In this document: piece by piece, positions 1-10,800 of the stretch
How the letters are laid out: each line of letters starts with the position of its first letter
How positions within the stretch are numbered: position 1 is the stretch's first letter
Assembly: GCA_964594215.1 (NCBI GenBank)
Contig: CAZQLN010000003.1
Location: 25,447 to 89,446 of the forward strand
Source: an uncultured Bdellovibrionales bacterium
Lineage (GTDB): Bacteria > Patescibacteriota > Minisyncoccia > Moranbacterales > UBA1568
DNA: 64,000 nt
Direction of reading: 5' to 3'
Notes under the pieces: generated by a model
What the model saw: only the letters and a program-made list of their open reading frames with translations
Told to the model about the DNA's origin: nothing
The model's database searches: none
Translations under genes and position numbers: made by a program

Positions 1-812
1 CAGCTAAGCGACCAAATGGCTACACTTTGTATCGTGGTGATATCCGTGACGCCAAACTTCTTGATAAAATTTTCAAGAAAGAAAAGATTGATAAAGTAGT
101 GCATCTGGCTGCTATGGCAGGAGTACGTTATTCTCTGACCAACCCAAGCCTTTATGTTGATGTCAATATAGTAGCCACTACTAAACTTCTTGACCGGGCT
201 GTCGCCTATAAAATCAAGAACTTTGTCTATGCCTCATCTTCTTCAGTGTATGGCAACAACACCAAGGTACCCTTTTCTGAAACTGATCCAGTCGACACAC
301 CTATCTCACCGTATGCAGCGACTAAGAAGGCGGATGAACTTATCGCTCATGTGTATAGTCATATCTATAAGCTTCCGACTACGGGTCTGCGCTTCTTTAC
401 TGTCTATGGACCATGGGGCAGACCGGATATGGGAGTTTTCAAATTTATCGAGAATATAATCCGTGGGAAAACTATTGAAGTCTACAACCATGGCAACATG
501 CGTCGTAACTTCACATACATTGATGATATCGTAGCTGGTGTTTTGACTACACTAGATGCTGACCTATCTTACGCCATAATGAATATCGGAGGAGATAGAG
601 ATGAAGCTCTCCTCGACTACATTGCTCTTGTAGAGAAACACACTGGCAAAAAATCCAAACAAAAACTAATGCCGATGCAGCCAGGTGATGTACCGAGTAC
701 AGTAGCTGATATCCGCCAATTACGTAAGTTGGGATGGAAACCTACTACGCGGATAGAAAAGGGTATTAAAAATTTTGTTGATTGGTACAAAGAATATTTC
801 AAGGTGCAATAA
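1..812 (+). CDS. NAD-dependent epimerase/dehydratase (nucleotide-sugar 4-epimerase-like), 5'-truncated at window edge
   Basis: Reading frame is open from the window start (…NGYTLYRGDIRD…). Extended-SDR motifs are present: YASSSSVYG and the catalytic YAATK (YxxxK). Confidence 0.8.
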   Translation, partial: AKRPNGYTLYRGDIRDAKLLDKIFKKEKIDKVVHLAAMAGVRYSLTNPSLYVDVNIVATTKLLDRAVAYKIKNFVYASSSSVYGNNTKVPFSETDPVDTPISPYAATKKADELIAHVYSHIYKLPTTGLRFFTVYGPWGRPDMGVFKFIENIIRGKTIEVYNHGNMRRNFTYIDDIVAGVLTTLDADLSYAIMNIGGDRDEALLDYIALVEKHTGKKSKQKLMPMQPGDVPSTVADIRQLRKLGWKPTTRIEKGIKNFVDWYKEYFKVQ

Positions 813-813
813 T

Positions 814-1536
814 ATGGATCTACTCACACTTAATAATTTAACCAAAACCTACGAAAATGAAGGTGTAGAAACCCGAGCTCTGGTAGGGGCTACGTTTCGT
901 GTGAAGCAGGGAGAATTCGTTGCTATTATGGGCCCATCGGGATCGGGTAAATCTACCTTGATGCAGATCTTGGGTCTTCTTGATCGTTCAACGGGGGGTA
1001 CCTATGAACTTTCTGGTATCAATGTGGAGAAACTTCCTGATGACGAGCTTGCTATCCTTCGTAACGAAAGAATCGGATTTGTTTTCCAGGCCTTTAATCT
1101 TCTGCCACGGACGACAGTAGCTGAAAACGTTGAGTTGCCACTCCTATATAGTAATAAGTCCACAGGGAACGATAAGGAAAAAGTAGACAGAGCGCTTCTT
1201 TCGGTAAGTATGGAGCATCGTCGAGATTACCTTTCAAACCAGCTTTCCGGTGGGGAGAAACAGCGTGTAGCGATTGCAAGAGCCTTAGTTAATGATCCAG
1301 ACATTATTTTTGCTGATGAACCAACTGGAAATTTAGATTCCAAAGCCGGTCTTCAGGTGATGCGCATACTCCAGATGGCACATCTGGAGGGTAAAACTAT
1401 CATTCTTGTCACACATGAGACTGCTACGGCTGAACATGCCGAACGTATTTTGCGTATGCATGATGGAGAAATAGTGGCTGACGAACAGGTATTGCAAAGA
1501 CGCAATGCTCTCGATGCTACTGACCTCATCAAATAA
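814..1536 (+). CDS. ABC transporter ATP-binding protein (MacB/LolD/FtsE-like)
   Basis: Walker [10 protein letters not shown], signature [15 protein letters not shown], Walker [16 protein letters not shown] at 814 directly follows the stop of the upstream gene; the track ORF at 775 is an in-frame upstream extension. Confidence 0.9.
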   Translation: MDLLTLNNLTKTYENEGVETRALVGATFRVKQGEFVAIMGPSGSGKSTLMQILGLLDRSTGGTYELSGINVEKLPDDELAILRNERIGFVFQAFNLLPRTTVAENVELPLLYSNKSTGNDKEKVDRALLSVSMEHRRDYLSNQLSGGEKQRVAIARALVNDPDIIFADEPTGNLDSKAGLQVMRILQMAHLEGKTIILVTHETATAEHAERILRMHDGEIVADEQVLQRRNALDATDLIK

Positions 1537-1537
1537 T

Positions 1538-2779
1538 ATGAAAATCACTGGTCCGCTTCGCATAGCCTATAATTCACTTCTCTCAGCTAAGCTGCGTTTT
1601 TTCTTGACAGTTCTCGGGATCATTATTGGGGTGGCAGCAGTGATCATGGTGATGGGTATTGGAGCGAGTGCTCAAGAGTTAGTTTTATCCCAAGTCAAAA
1701 AAGTGGGTTCTGATCTTATCGGCATCCTTCCGGGAGCTTCCGAGGAAGATGGTCCACCAGCCTCGGCTTTTGGTGTTGTCACCACCACTTTTGTAAACAG
1801 TGATCTTGAAAAAATACGTGAACGATCTAATGCCCCTCATCTCGTAGCGGTATCAGGGTATGTTTCAGGGAGTGCTACTCTTGAGACTAAACGAGATAAT
1901 CGAGAGGTGAGTTATCAAGGAGTCTCTCCAGATATGATAGCGGTAGAGAGCATTGATGTGCAGGCGGGAAGATTTTTCTTAGATGATGAAGAGAAAGATC
2001 TTTCTCGAGTCATTGTGTTGGGTGCCAATCGAGCCAAAGAATTTTTCCCCAATGGAGATGCCGTAGGACAAACAGTGAAACTCAAAGACACTCCTTTTCA
2101 GGTGATTGGAGTGCTTGAAGAGCGTGGCTCGACCGCTTTTTCAAGTCCAGATGATTATGTCTATGTACCTCTGGTGACGGCTCAGAAGCTACTCTTAGGC
2201 ATTAATTATCTTAACTTCGCTCGGGCTAAGGTGGATGATGTGGCTAATATAGAACGTAGCCGGGCAGATGTGACAGCTCTCCTTCGTCGAGAGCATGATC
2301 TTGATGATGACGAAGAGTCTGACTTTTCAGTCAGGAGTACAGCCGCTGCTCTTGGAGCACTTACGTCTATTACAGATATCTTGAAGTATTTCCTGATTGC
2401 TATCGCTTCGCTATCTCTATTGGTCGGTGGTATAGGGATTATGAACTCAATGCTTATCTCAGTATCGCAGCGTGTTCGAGAAATCGGTCTTCGCAAAGCG
2501 GTAGGGGCTAGACCCAAACACATTATCGCCCAGTTTCTTATCGAATCTATTTTTATCACCCTGTGTGGTGGAATCATCGGCATTATTTTTGGAGTGGGGC
2601 TGACTTTTGTGGCAAGTCTCATTATCATTCGACTTGGTTATGAATGGCAGTTTTTCGTACCAGTAATCTCACTTGTTCTTGGTTTCGGGGTATCACTGTG
2701 TATTGGTCTCATCTTTGGTATCTATCCAGCGCTCAAAGCATCTAAGGTGAGTGCTATGGAAGCTCTTCGTTATGAGTAA
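1538..2779 (+). CDS. ABC transporter permease, FtsX/MacB family (N-terminal TM, large extracytoplasmic domain, C-terminal 3-TM FtsX domain)
   Basis: Topology and the conserved C-terminal FtsX-type segment (…MNSMLISVSQRVREIGLRKAVGA…). ATG at 1538 follows the ATPase stop. Confidence 0.85.
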   Translation: MKITGPLRIAYNSLLSAKLRFFLTVLGIIIGVAAVIMVMGIGASAQELVLSQVKKVGSDLIGILPGASEEDGPPASAFGVVTTTFVNSDLEKIRERSNAPHLVAVSGYVSGSATLETKRDNREVSYQGVSPDMIAVESIDVQAGRFFLDDEEKDLSRVIVLGANRAKEFFPNGDAVGQTVKLKDTPFQVIGVLEERGSTAFSSPDDYVYVPLVTAQKLLLGINYLNFARAKVDDVANIERSRADVTALLRREHDLDDDEESDFSVRSTAAALGALTSITDILKYFLIAIASLSLLVGGIGIMNSMLISVSQRVREIGLRKAVGARPKHIIAQFLIESIFITLCGGIIGIIFGVGLTFVASLIIIRLGYEWQFFVPVISLVLGFGVSLCIGLIFGIYPALKASKVSAMEALRYE

Positions 2780-2782
2780 TTT

Positions 2783-4036
2783 ATGAAAAAAACTTTGCAA
2801 TCATTGCGTTTCGCCTTCCGTACAGTAGGCTCACACAAGCCTCGTACAGCCCTTGCCCTTCTCGGAGTGATGATCGGCGTGTTTTCGGTAGTGGTAGTAA
2901 TGGCTCTGGGGAACGGTGTCAAAAATTTTGTTCTAGGCCAAGTAGAAAGTTTTGGAACAGACTTGATTCAAGTAGAAGTTAAGGTACCGAATACAGGCAC
3001 TTTCTCTAATGATAATGCTTCATCAAGGACCCAAGGTACCCAGATAACTACACTCCTTCTTGATGACAAAGATGAGATTAAGAAATTACCGAATATTCTT
3101 GCGGCTTATGGAGGAACCATTGGTCAGGAACGAGCCACGAGTGGTTCTATTGGCAAACGTATCTTATTGTTTGGAGCGAGTAGTGAGGTGGCTTTAGTAG
3201 ATCAAAAAGCAACCTTAGCTGAAGGAAGATTTTATACTGAGGAAGAAGATGCAAGTCAGGCTCGAGTGGTAGTTTTGGGTCACAGTGTTAAAGAAACATT
3301 TTTTGGAGCAGGGAGCGCTATTGGTGAGAGTATTACCATGAAAGGTGAGAAGTACCGAGTAGTAGGGGTACTTGAGAGTCGTGGGTCGGCTGGCTTTTTC
3401 GATCTTGATAGTTTAGCCTATGTGCCGGCCGAAACTCTCCAGAAGAAAATTTTGGGTGTGGATTATGTGCAGATGATTTCGGTACGAATGAAGGATGCTT
3501 CCAAAGAAGAGGAAGCAGTAGCTGATATAGTAGCTTTGCTTCGTAAACGACATGATATTACTCATCCAGACAAAGATGATTTTTCAGTCACCTCTACCAA
3601 ACAAGCTCAGGAAACCCTCGGAGATGTATTGGGCTCACTGACTATTCTGTTACTGGCATTGACCTCTATCGCATTGGTAGTGGGGGGCGTGGGTATCATG
3701 AATGTCATGTATGTTTCAGTTGCTGAGAGAACCAGTGAAATTGGTCTCCGGAAGGCTTTGGGAGCTACCTCACAAGATATTCTGACTCAATTTCTTTTTG
3801 AAGCTCTTATTATTACTTTACTTGGAGGTGTTATTGGTATCATTCTCGGAATAGGGGCCTCTCTAGGTTTGTCAGCTATTTTTCAGGCTCTTGGTTTTGC
3901 TTTTAAGCTTCAATTCACTTGGACCGCCCTCTTCCTTGGTGCCCTTTTTTCACTTATTGTGGGTGTTATTTTTGGTTTAGCTCCGGCCTATCGTGCGGCT
4001 AAACTTTCACCTATGGAGGCTTTACGGAAGGATTAA
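2783..4036 (+). CDS. ABC transporter permease, FtsX/MacB family (second paralog)
   Basis: Same architecture as the previous gene; …MNVMYVSVAERTSEIGLRKALGA… FtsX motif; 3-nt intergenic gap. Confidence 0.85.
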   Translation: MKKTLQSLRFAFRTVGSHKPRTALALLGVMIGVFSVVVVMALGNGVKNFVLGQVESFGTDLIQVEVKVPNTGTFSNDNASSRTQGTQITTLLLDDKDEIKKLPNILAAYGGTIGQERATSGSIGKRILLFGASSEVALVDQKATLAEGRFYTEEEDASQARVVVLGHSVKETFFGAGSAIGESITMKGEKYRVVGVLESRGSAGFFDLDSLAYVPAETLQKKILGVDYVQMISVRMKDASKEEEAVADIVALLRKRHDITHPDKDDFSVTSTKQAQETLGDVLGSLTILLLALTSIALVVGGVGIMNVMYVSVAERTSEIGLRKALGATSQDILTQFLFEALIITLLGGVIGIILGIGASLGLSAIFQALGFAFKLQFTWTALFLGALFSLIVGVIFGLAPAYRAAKLSPMEALRKD

Positions 4037-4086
4037 GATGTGGTACGGTAGCCTCTGGTAATCTTCACAATATAGAGTAGAGAGGC

Positions 4087-4392
4087 ATGAACATGCAACT
4101 ATCAGTTCAAGGAAATCCTCTCATAGAGGAACTTGATTTGCCGATGGGAATCGAATGGCGCTTGCAAGCTGAGTACGGTATAACCCATGTGCGACAATTA
4201 CGGGCTTTTCCAAGGCTACGCCTTAGCCATCACGGCTTTCAGATATCTGAAATTGCTATTTTGGAAGATATGCTCCACAAGAAGGGTCTATATATGATCA
4301 ATCTGACTGGCGCAGAAAAAGTGGCTCTGGCAAGATACACTCAAGAAAGAAAGGGGAACGATGTCACAATTTTCCACACTACGGAAACCTGA
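4087..4392 (+). CDS. small protein with RNA polymerase alpha-subunit C-terminal-domain-like (helix-hairpin-helix) fold, copy 1
   Basis: Segment …LDLPMGIEWRLQAEYGITHVRQLRAFPRLRLSHHGFQISEIAILEDMLHKKGL… follows the alpha-CTD pattern (L.L…N.L…GI.t…L…l…G…ei…L…G). Confidence 0.5.
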   Translation: MNMQLSVQGNPLIEELDLPMGIEWRLQAEYGITHVRQLRAFPRLRLSHHGFQISEIAILEDMLHKKGLYMINLTGAEKVALARYTQERKGNDVTIFHTTET

Positions 4393-4594
4393 CCGGCTTC
4401 AGCCTGGCGAGGAAAATATTGGCCTCATTCAAGGTTTTCCATCAGGAGATGTCTTGAAATTGAAAAAAGCTGGTGTATTCACGATAAACCAGTTGAAGAC
4501 CAAAACAGGGAAGGAAATCAAAAGCATTGGACTAGAAGTCAGAAAACTCGAAGTTTTTCTGGCTCGTAGAGGCTATAATATTACTTTCGCGTGA
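4361..4594 (+). CDS. small alpha-CTD-like HhH protein, copy 2 (start uncertain; overlaps copy 1 by 32 nt in another frame)
   Basis: …GDVLKLKKAGVFTINQLKTKTGKEIKSIGLEVRKLEVFLARRGYNI… is the closest match of the three to the RpoA CTD consensus. Confidence 0.5.
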   Translation: MSQFSTLRKPDRLQPGEENIGLIQGFPSGDVLKLKKAGVFTINQLKTKTGKEIKSIGLEVRKLEVFLARRGYNITFA

Positions 4595-4613
4595 AACTGT
4601 AGGAGAAAAATAG

Positions 4614-4838
4614 ATGTCACAAAACGATGAGCGGCAACTTACGAGTCGGGATGCTATCTATAAGCTGGGGCAGTTGCCTCAGGAGGAATGTAATACGCTG
4701 AGGAATCTCGGCCTGTCGCATATTGCAGATCTAGACCATATCAGTGTCGAGGATTTGGAAGGAGCGGGTGTGAGTCCGATAATCATCGGGATGCTCAATG
4801 AGCGTCTTGAGCATCACGGTTTCAATCCAGTTTTGTAA
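4614..4838 (+). CDS. small alpha-CTD-like HhH protein, copy 3
   Basis: …CNTLRNLGLSHIADLDHISVEDLEGAGVSPIIIGMLNERLEHHGF… shares the HHGF tail motif with copy 1. Confidence 0.5.
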   Translation: MSQNDERQLTSRDAIYKLGQLPQEECNTLRNLGLSHIADLDHISVEDLEGAGVSPIIIGMLNERLEHHGFNPVL

Positions 4839-4851
4839 GAGGGAATAGGGT

Positions 4852-4890
4852 CTCGGTGTGCAGCGCACGCCGGGAGCCTTTTTTTATACA
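4852..4890 (+). terminator. putative intrinsic terminator after the alpha-CTD-like gene triplet
   Basis: Imperfect GC-rich hairpin cggtgtgc-agc-gcacgccg followed by a T7 run. Confidence 0.45.
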
Positions 4891-4916
4891 CGAGAGAATG
4901 CTATCCTAACAGAGTT

Positions 4917-5432
4917 ATGAAGTTGCCTGTTTGGAAACCCCTCTATATTTTTTTGAAGATTCTTGGCCTACCAGTAGAATGGGAGGTTTCTGTTGGGAGT
5001 GCGATTTTCCGTGAGACGACCAAGGGTCGCTTATATCTTTTGCTTCAGTATCCGAGCGGCCACTATGATTTTGCCAAGGGGCATGTAGAAGAGGGGGAAA
5101 CCGAAGAAGAAACCTTGCGTCGTGAGACCGAAGAAGAAACCGGCATTAATGATCTTAGAGTCTTCCCCAAACGAGTTAGTATTCGCTATTACTATGTAGC
5201 CAAGGGTAATGAACGCATTCGTAGAATAGAGGAGGGTCGTGGCATTTCTATTTTTAAACAAGTCCATTTTTACCCAGCGGAGACTAAAATCAGCCAAGTT
5301 AAGCTCTCGCATGAGCATATTGGCTATCTTTGGCTTCCTTATGAAGAGGCAGTAGAGCGAGTGACCTTCGAAAACGCCCGCAGAGTCATTCGTATGACTG
5401 AGGAGGAGTTTTCATCTATCAAGAAGGCTTGA
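4917..5432 (+). CDS. NUDIX hydrolase
   Basis: Nudix box GHVEEGETEEETLRRETEEETGI (G-x5-E-x7-REuxEExGu). Confidence 0.8.
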   Translation: MKLPVWKPLYIFLKILGLPVEWEVSVGSAIFRETTKGRLYLLLQYPSGHYDFAKGHVEEGETEEETLRRETEEETGINDLRVFPKRVSIRYYYVAKGNERIRRIEEGRGISIFKQVHFYPAETKISQVKLSHEHIGYLWLPYEEAVERVTFENARRVIRMTEEEFSSIKKA

Positions 5433-5486
5433 TCTTTTTCTTTTTCTCTGGCATACTAGTATTTCAATTTTACAGAGCCAGAATCG

Positions 5487-7139
5487 ATGCTTACCATCAA
5501 AAATATTCAAAAAAATGTCGGCGGGCAGAGGGTCTTAAATAAGGCCTCTTTTTCATTGGGTGAGGGTCAGCGAGCTGCTCTGATTGGCCTTAATGGCGTA
5601 GGTAAATCGACCTTACTGAAAATTATTGCTGGTATTGAAGAGCCGAATATTGGCAAAGTGATGAAGCCAAACCGAGTGCTTATGGGGTACCTTCCACAGG
5701 AGGCAGTCGCTGATAAGGATATGACATTAGCACTGTATCTACGAGAAATGGCTGGTCTTGGAGCTATTGAGACTGAACTCAAAACCCTTGAAGTTAAACT
5801 TGCGCTACCAGAAGTTCAGGAAAAGTATGATACTCTCATGGCCGAGTTTGAACGTCTTGGCGGTTATGAATTTGATCGACGGATTCAGAAAGTAGTGACA
5901 GGTCTCCGTATCAAGCACCTGGCTCCCGATCGCTCAATTCTGACTCTTTCTGGTGGAGAGCGTCGTAAGATTGCTCTAGCTGGAGTGTTGCTTCGAGGAG
6001 TAGACCTTCTTCTTCTTGATGAACCGACAAATAACCTCGACCTACCAGCTCTTACTTTCTTAGAGAATTGGTTGAAGAATAGCAAAACCACTTGTCTTAT
6101 TGCCTCTCATGATCGCCGTTTCCTTGATAGTGTTGTTACCAAAGTCATTGAGATTGATTGGTATCGTCGTGATACAGAAATCTTTGCGGGTAATTGGAGT
6201 CAGTTTATGGAAACCAAAGAACATGCCAGACGTCGTCTCAAAGAGCAGTACCGTCTTCAAGAAGAAGAACGAGCACGACTTACTTCATCGAAAGATGAAA
6301 AGATTGATTGGGTCACTCGAGTATGGGATAAGAAGAAGCGAGATAATGATAAGCAAGCCGATCATTTCAAAAAAGAACGAGCTGCCAAAAAATTCTCAGC
6401 CTCAGCCAGAGCTCTCGAAGGTCGTGAAAAGCGTTTGAATAAACTTGATAAACCAGTAGAAAAAGAGCCGCTGGAACTTGAGTTTGTAGAACCTCAAGAA
6501 ATCGAAGGTTCATACGATATTGTTTTCAGTTCCTTGGTTGCCGGTTATGGCACTGACTTTTCTGTTGGACCTATTGATTGGGAAATAACTTACGGCCAAA
6601 AAGTAGCCTTGCTTGGTGACAATGGTGTTGGCAAAACAACTCTTCTTAAAACTTTGGCTTCCGAATTGAAACCTTTATCTGGACAACTTATAGTTGGCGC
6701 AGAAGTACGTATGGGTTATCTTATTCAAGAACATGACCTCTTGCTTCAGAATGAGAATATGACTCTCGATGCTTACCTCAAGAAACGTCTATCATTTGAG
6801 CTTCATGAGAGCATCGGTACTCTGGTAGGTATTTATCAGCTTTCCCCGTTGTTCCTTGGTCATAAAATGAAGCATCTTTCACCAGGTGAACGTGTCCGCG
6901 TCCTTCTGTTGATCCTTGTGGAACAAAAAGCGAACTGTTTAATTCTCGATGAACCGACAAACCATCTGGATCTGGAATCTATCGAGGCTTTCGAGGAAGC
7001 GCTTAATGCTTTTCCGGGTACAGTTATTCTTGTTACTCATGATCGGATGTTTCTTGAGAGGATTCATTTAGATCAAAAAATGAAACTAGAGAATGGCCAG
7101 CTAGTCCCAGTTCTCGATACAGCTTTACCCAAAGAATAG
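5487..7139 (+). CDS. ABC-F family ATPase (two tandem ABC domains, no TM domain; EttA/Uup-like translation factor)
   Basis: Two Walker A (GLNGVGKST, GDNGVGKTT), two signatures (LSGGERRKIALAGVL, LSPGERVRVLLLIL) and two Walker B (LLLLDEPTNNLD, CLILDEPTNHLD). A charged linker lies between the domains. Confidence 0.85.
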   Translation: MLTIKNIQKNVGGQRVLNKASFSLGEGQRAALIGLNGVGKSTLLKIIAGIEEPNIGKVMKPNRVLMGYLPQEAVADKDMTLALYLREMAGLGAIETELKTLEVKLALPEVQEKYDTLMAEFERLGGYEFDRRIQKVVTGLRIKHLAPDRSILTLSGGERRKIALAGVLLRGVDLLLLDEPTNNLDLPALTFLENWLKNSKTTCLIASHDRRFLDSVVTKVIEIDWYRRDTEIFAGNWSQFMETKEHARRRLKEQYRLQEEERARLTSSKDEKIDWVTRVWDKKKRDNDKQADHFKKERAAKKFSASARALEGREKRLNKLDKPVEKEPLELEFVEPQEIEGSYDIVFSSLVAGYGTDFSVGPIDWEITYGQKVALLGDNGVGKTTLLKTLASELKPLSGQLIVGAEVRMGYLIQEHDLLLQNENMTLDAYLKKRLSFELHESIGTLVGIYQLSPLFLGHKMKHLSPGERVRVLLLILVEQKANCLILDEPTNHLDLESIEAFEEALNAFPGTVILVTHDRMFLERIHLDQKMKLENGQLVPVLDTALPKE

Positions 7140-7140
7140 T

Positions 7141-7848
7141 ATGTTTGTAAAAGGGATCCTTATTGTATCAATTGCTCTTCTCATGGCTTTTTTGTATTCC
7201 CTTTATTCACTGCAGAGAAAAATAGCTTTTTCGCAGAAGTTAGCTGCCACTACCACAGCCTACGAGAATCAGAGCGGCGATCTGACGACTTCAGTTCTGG
7301 TTCTTGGTGATAGTACAGCGGTAGGGGTGGGAGCTAGTAATAAAGAAACATCAATACCAGGACTCTTTGCCAAGGAAGTAAGAGCTACTTATTTGGAAAA
7401 TCGGGGAGTCTCGGGTGCGAAGGTAGCCGATTTGGCAGGACAACTTGATGGTAAAAATCTTCCAGAGTATGACTATATTCTGATTCAAATCGGTGGTAAT
7501 GATGTAGTGGCCAGACATGACCCACAAAGAGTGGCCCAAGAACTTCTTAGTGTCCTTCAAAAATTACCACCTCATCAAAAACTGATTGTCCAGATGTGTG
7601 GTAATGTTGGTAGGGCGCCATTGTTGCCTTGGTATGTGCATTTCTACTATACGCAAAAAAGCCTTGCTTTTCATAAGGCTTTTGAGAGCACTGTGACCAA
7701 CTTCGGTGGATTATACGTCAATCTCTATGTTCCTAAAACAGAAGATCCTTTTGTAGCACAACCAGAAATCTACTTCAGTGCTGATGGTTTTCATCCATCG
7801 AGCGCTGGCTATGCGTCATGGTTTGAAATACTGAAAAAGAGCCTCTAG
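7141..7848 (+). CDS. SGNH/GDSL-family hydrolase with N-terminal membrane anchor
   Basis: Block I VLVLGDSTAVG, block III IQIGGNDV, block V DGFHPS; N-terminal TM helix. Confidence 0.7.
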   Translation: MFVKGILIVSIALLMAFLYSLYSLQRKIAFSQKLAATTTAYENQSGDLTTSVLVLGDSTAVGVGASNKETSIPGLFAKEVRATYLENRGVSGAKVADLAGQLDGKNLPEYDYILIQIGGNDVVARHDPQRVAQELLSVLQKLPPHQKLIVQMCGNVGRAPLLPWYVHFYYTQKSLAFHKAFESTVTNFGGLYVNLYVPKTEDPFVAQPEIYFSADGFHPSSAGYASWFEILKKSL

Positions 7849-7891
7849 CCTTCAAATAGTCTCAATATGCGTGGGGTAGTATACTAAATAT

Positions 7892-10800
7892 ATGAAATAT
7901 ACCCTCAATTTTAAAGAACTTGGGAAGAATGATGCTCTGGTAGCGGGAGGTAAGGGAGCATCTCTTGGAGAGATGATTCGGGCTGGTATTCCTGTGCCAG
8001 ATGGGTTTGTGATTTTAGCTGATACATTTGATCTCTTTCTCAAGGAGACGGACTTGTTACAGGAAATTGAGGCTATCTTAGACGGTGTTAATCATGAAGC
8101 TATTCATACAGTAGAAGCTGCCTCTGAGAGTATTCAAGGGCTGATACTTTCACGGCCCATACCAGAAGTGATACAGAAAGAGATTCAAGAAAAATTTGCG
8201 GATCTTGGAAGTCAATATGTTGCGGTTCGTAGTAGCGCTACAGCAGAAGATGGTATCGAGCACGCCTGGGCTGGCCAACTGGATAGTTATCTTAATACCA
8301 CAGAAAGAGACTTAATAGAAAAGGTACGTAAGTGTTGGGCTTCGCTTTTTACGCCGCGAGCTATATTTTACCGTTTTGAAAAAGGGCTTCATAGTACCAA
8401 AATCTCTGTGGCCGTAGTAGTGCAGAGTATGGTCAATAGCGAAAAGTCAGGCATTGCTTTTTCAGTTCATCCAGTCACAGAGGATTATAATCAACTGATT
8501 ATTGAAGCTGGTTTTGGTTTGGGTGAGGCGATTGTATCTGGCGCAGTGACACCCGATAGTTATGTGGTAGAAAAATCACCATGGAAGATTCTTGATATAA
8601 ATATCAGTCATCAAGGAAGGGCTCTTTATCGTATTGATGGTGGCGGGAATGAGTGGCGAGACTTGGGAGAATCCTTTGGGAGTAATAAAGTATTAAATGA
8701 GGCACAAATCCAAGAGCTTTCAGATATTATTGTGCAGATTGAAAAACACTACGGTTTTCCATGTGATATTGAATGGGCTTTTGAAGACGGAAAATTCTTT
8801 ATAGTACAAAGCCGTCCAATTACTACTCTTAGTACAAAAGGAAACATAAACTTACAGAAGATAGAAAAAATCTTTTCTCGTGATTTTACGATGATCGCTC
8901 TAGAAATGGACTATCGTATGGAATACCAACGGGCTCGTCCTTGGGCTAAAGGAGAGAATCCGTATTCTCCGTACTTAGTTTTCTGGCGGAATGATGGGAC
9001 AAATAAAATTTACTTCAATTCAAAGGGAGTGGAGTGGATTCAGAGGGAGTTAGAGAAAAGAGTTCGAGAGAATAAGGATTTCCTGAAACTGGTAGAAGAA
9101 AATGTCAGGAAGGGAATTTCCTATATTAGGCCTGTTTATGAGGCGGAGAAAGCTATTGATCGAGAAAGCTTGATTCGATTTGTGGAGGAATTTATGGCGG
9201 CTTACTTCTGGATAGAGGCAATGTGGTGGATTAAGGGGATGGCTGACGAAAATCTTAAGGATATTGATTGTGCAAATATCGTGAGACTTCGAGAAGAAAC
9301 AGAGACACTTTCCGCCGCTACCGATAGAGTTATCCGTAAATCATTAGAAAAACTTTATCCGAAACTTGGTTTACTTTCAGCCATGATTTCTTTTGATGAG
9401 CTTAAAGGCGGAAATATTCCATCTGAAGAAGTACTAAGAACCAGAGATCAAGGCTTTGTTCTTATCAACAACGAAATTATCATTGATAAAAACTTTGATG
9501 ATGTTCTTAAAGAAAATGGATTGGAGTTAGTCGAGGAATCATTTCAGATGTTAGGTGAAGAATTAGAAGGACAGTCAGCTAGTAAGGGAAGGTACACTGG
9601 AAGAGTAGTGAGAGTAATGGGACATAACGACTTTGAAAAAGTTCAGGAAGGAGATGTATTAGTTTCACCAATGACTATGGTGGACTTTCTTCCTGTTATG
9701 AAAATAGCAGGAGCTTTTGTGACTGATGAAGGCGGAGCCCTCTGTCACGCTGCTATTGTGGCGCGTGAACTTGATAAGCCTTGTATTATAGGTACCAAGG
9801 TAGCTACGCAAGTATTTAAAGATGGAGACCTTATAGAGGTGGATGCTGATAATGGTGTGGTGAGGATTTTGGAAAAAGCGGAGGAATTAGAGATAGGTAA
9901 CTATCAAAAACTTTTCCAGTGGCCAGGAGAGTTTTCACATTTTCTCTCGTCTTACTTTATGGCCATATACAACAAGCACAAGGCCATCTCTTTGCATGAT
10001 GGAAACATGTGGCAGAGTTTCTTGCCGTATACATCAAAGGAAAAAACGCTTAAGTTAGGATTAGCACTGTATTCTTCTAAACAAGAGTATGAGGAATTGA
10101 GAAAAGGTCTGACAGAAGGCTTTGTAGAGCTTACTGCCCACTTCAATCAGGTACTGAAAAAAGATACCCTTACAAAAGAAGAAGTGGGGGCCTTCTTTGA
10201 TCAGGCATTAGAACACTACAACTATTACTCTCAAACAGAATTTTTCTTTACCGATCTTGCGTACTCTGAAATGAATAACGTTTCACAAATTCAAAAGAAC
10301 TTTGAAACTTTTGATGAATTGAAATTACAGGGCAGAGAATACTTGAATAAAATTGCATTAGCTCCAGGTTGTTACCTTGATAGGCTCATTGAGAAAATTG
10401 CACAGCAACTGAGTTATGACATTAGTGCCCTTAAGTGTCACTCTATTAATGAGATTCTGGAGTTGTTTGATGGAAAGAGTGTGAAGTCGGACGAACTGGT
10501 AAACAGAAATCAATACTTCATGCATGGGAGAGGATCTCATGCGGAGGTGCTTACCGGGGATACAGCCTTGAGAAAAATCCGTGACTTTTTTGCAGAAGTG
10601 GCTAAAACAAATGAAGTGAAGGGGCAAATTGCTAACAAAGGCTACTATCAGGGGCGTGCAAGGGTTTTTCGATTTTCTCTTTCAGAAATTAATTTGATGG
10701 ATGAAGAGATTGAGAAAATGGAGAAAGGGGAAATACTCATAGCGGATACTACAGCACCAGAAATTATTCTTGCTTGCAAGAAGGCTGGCGCGATTGTCAC

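Noticed and set aside
775-813. N-terminal extensions in the ORF track (775, 1505, 14357, 15588, 35925, 53042, 54634, 57353)
   Set aside because: In each case an internal ATG immediately follows the upstream stop and/or has an SD. The extensions overlap upstream genes or promoter hexamers.
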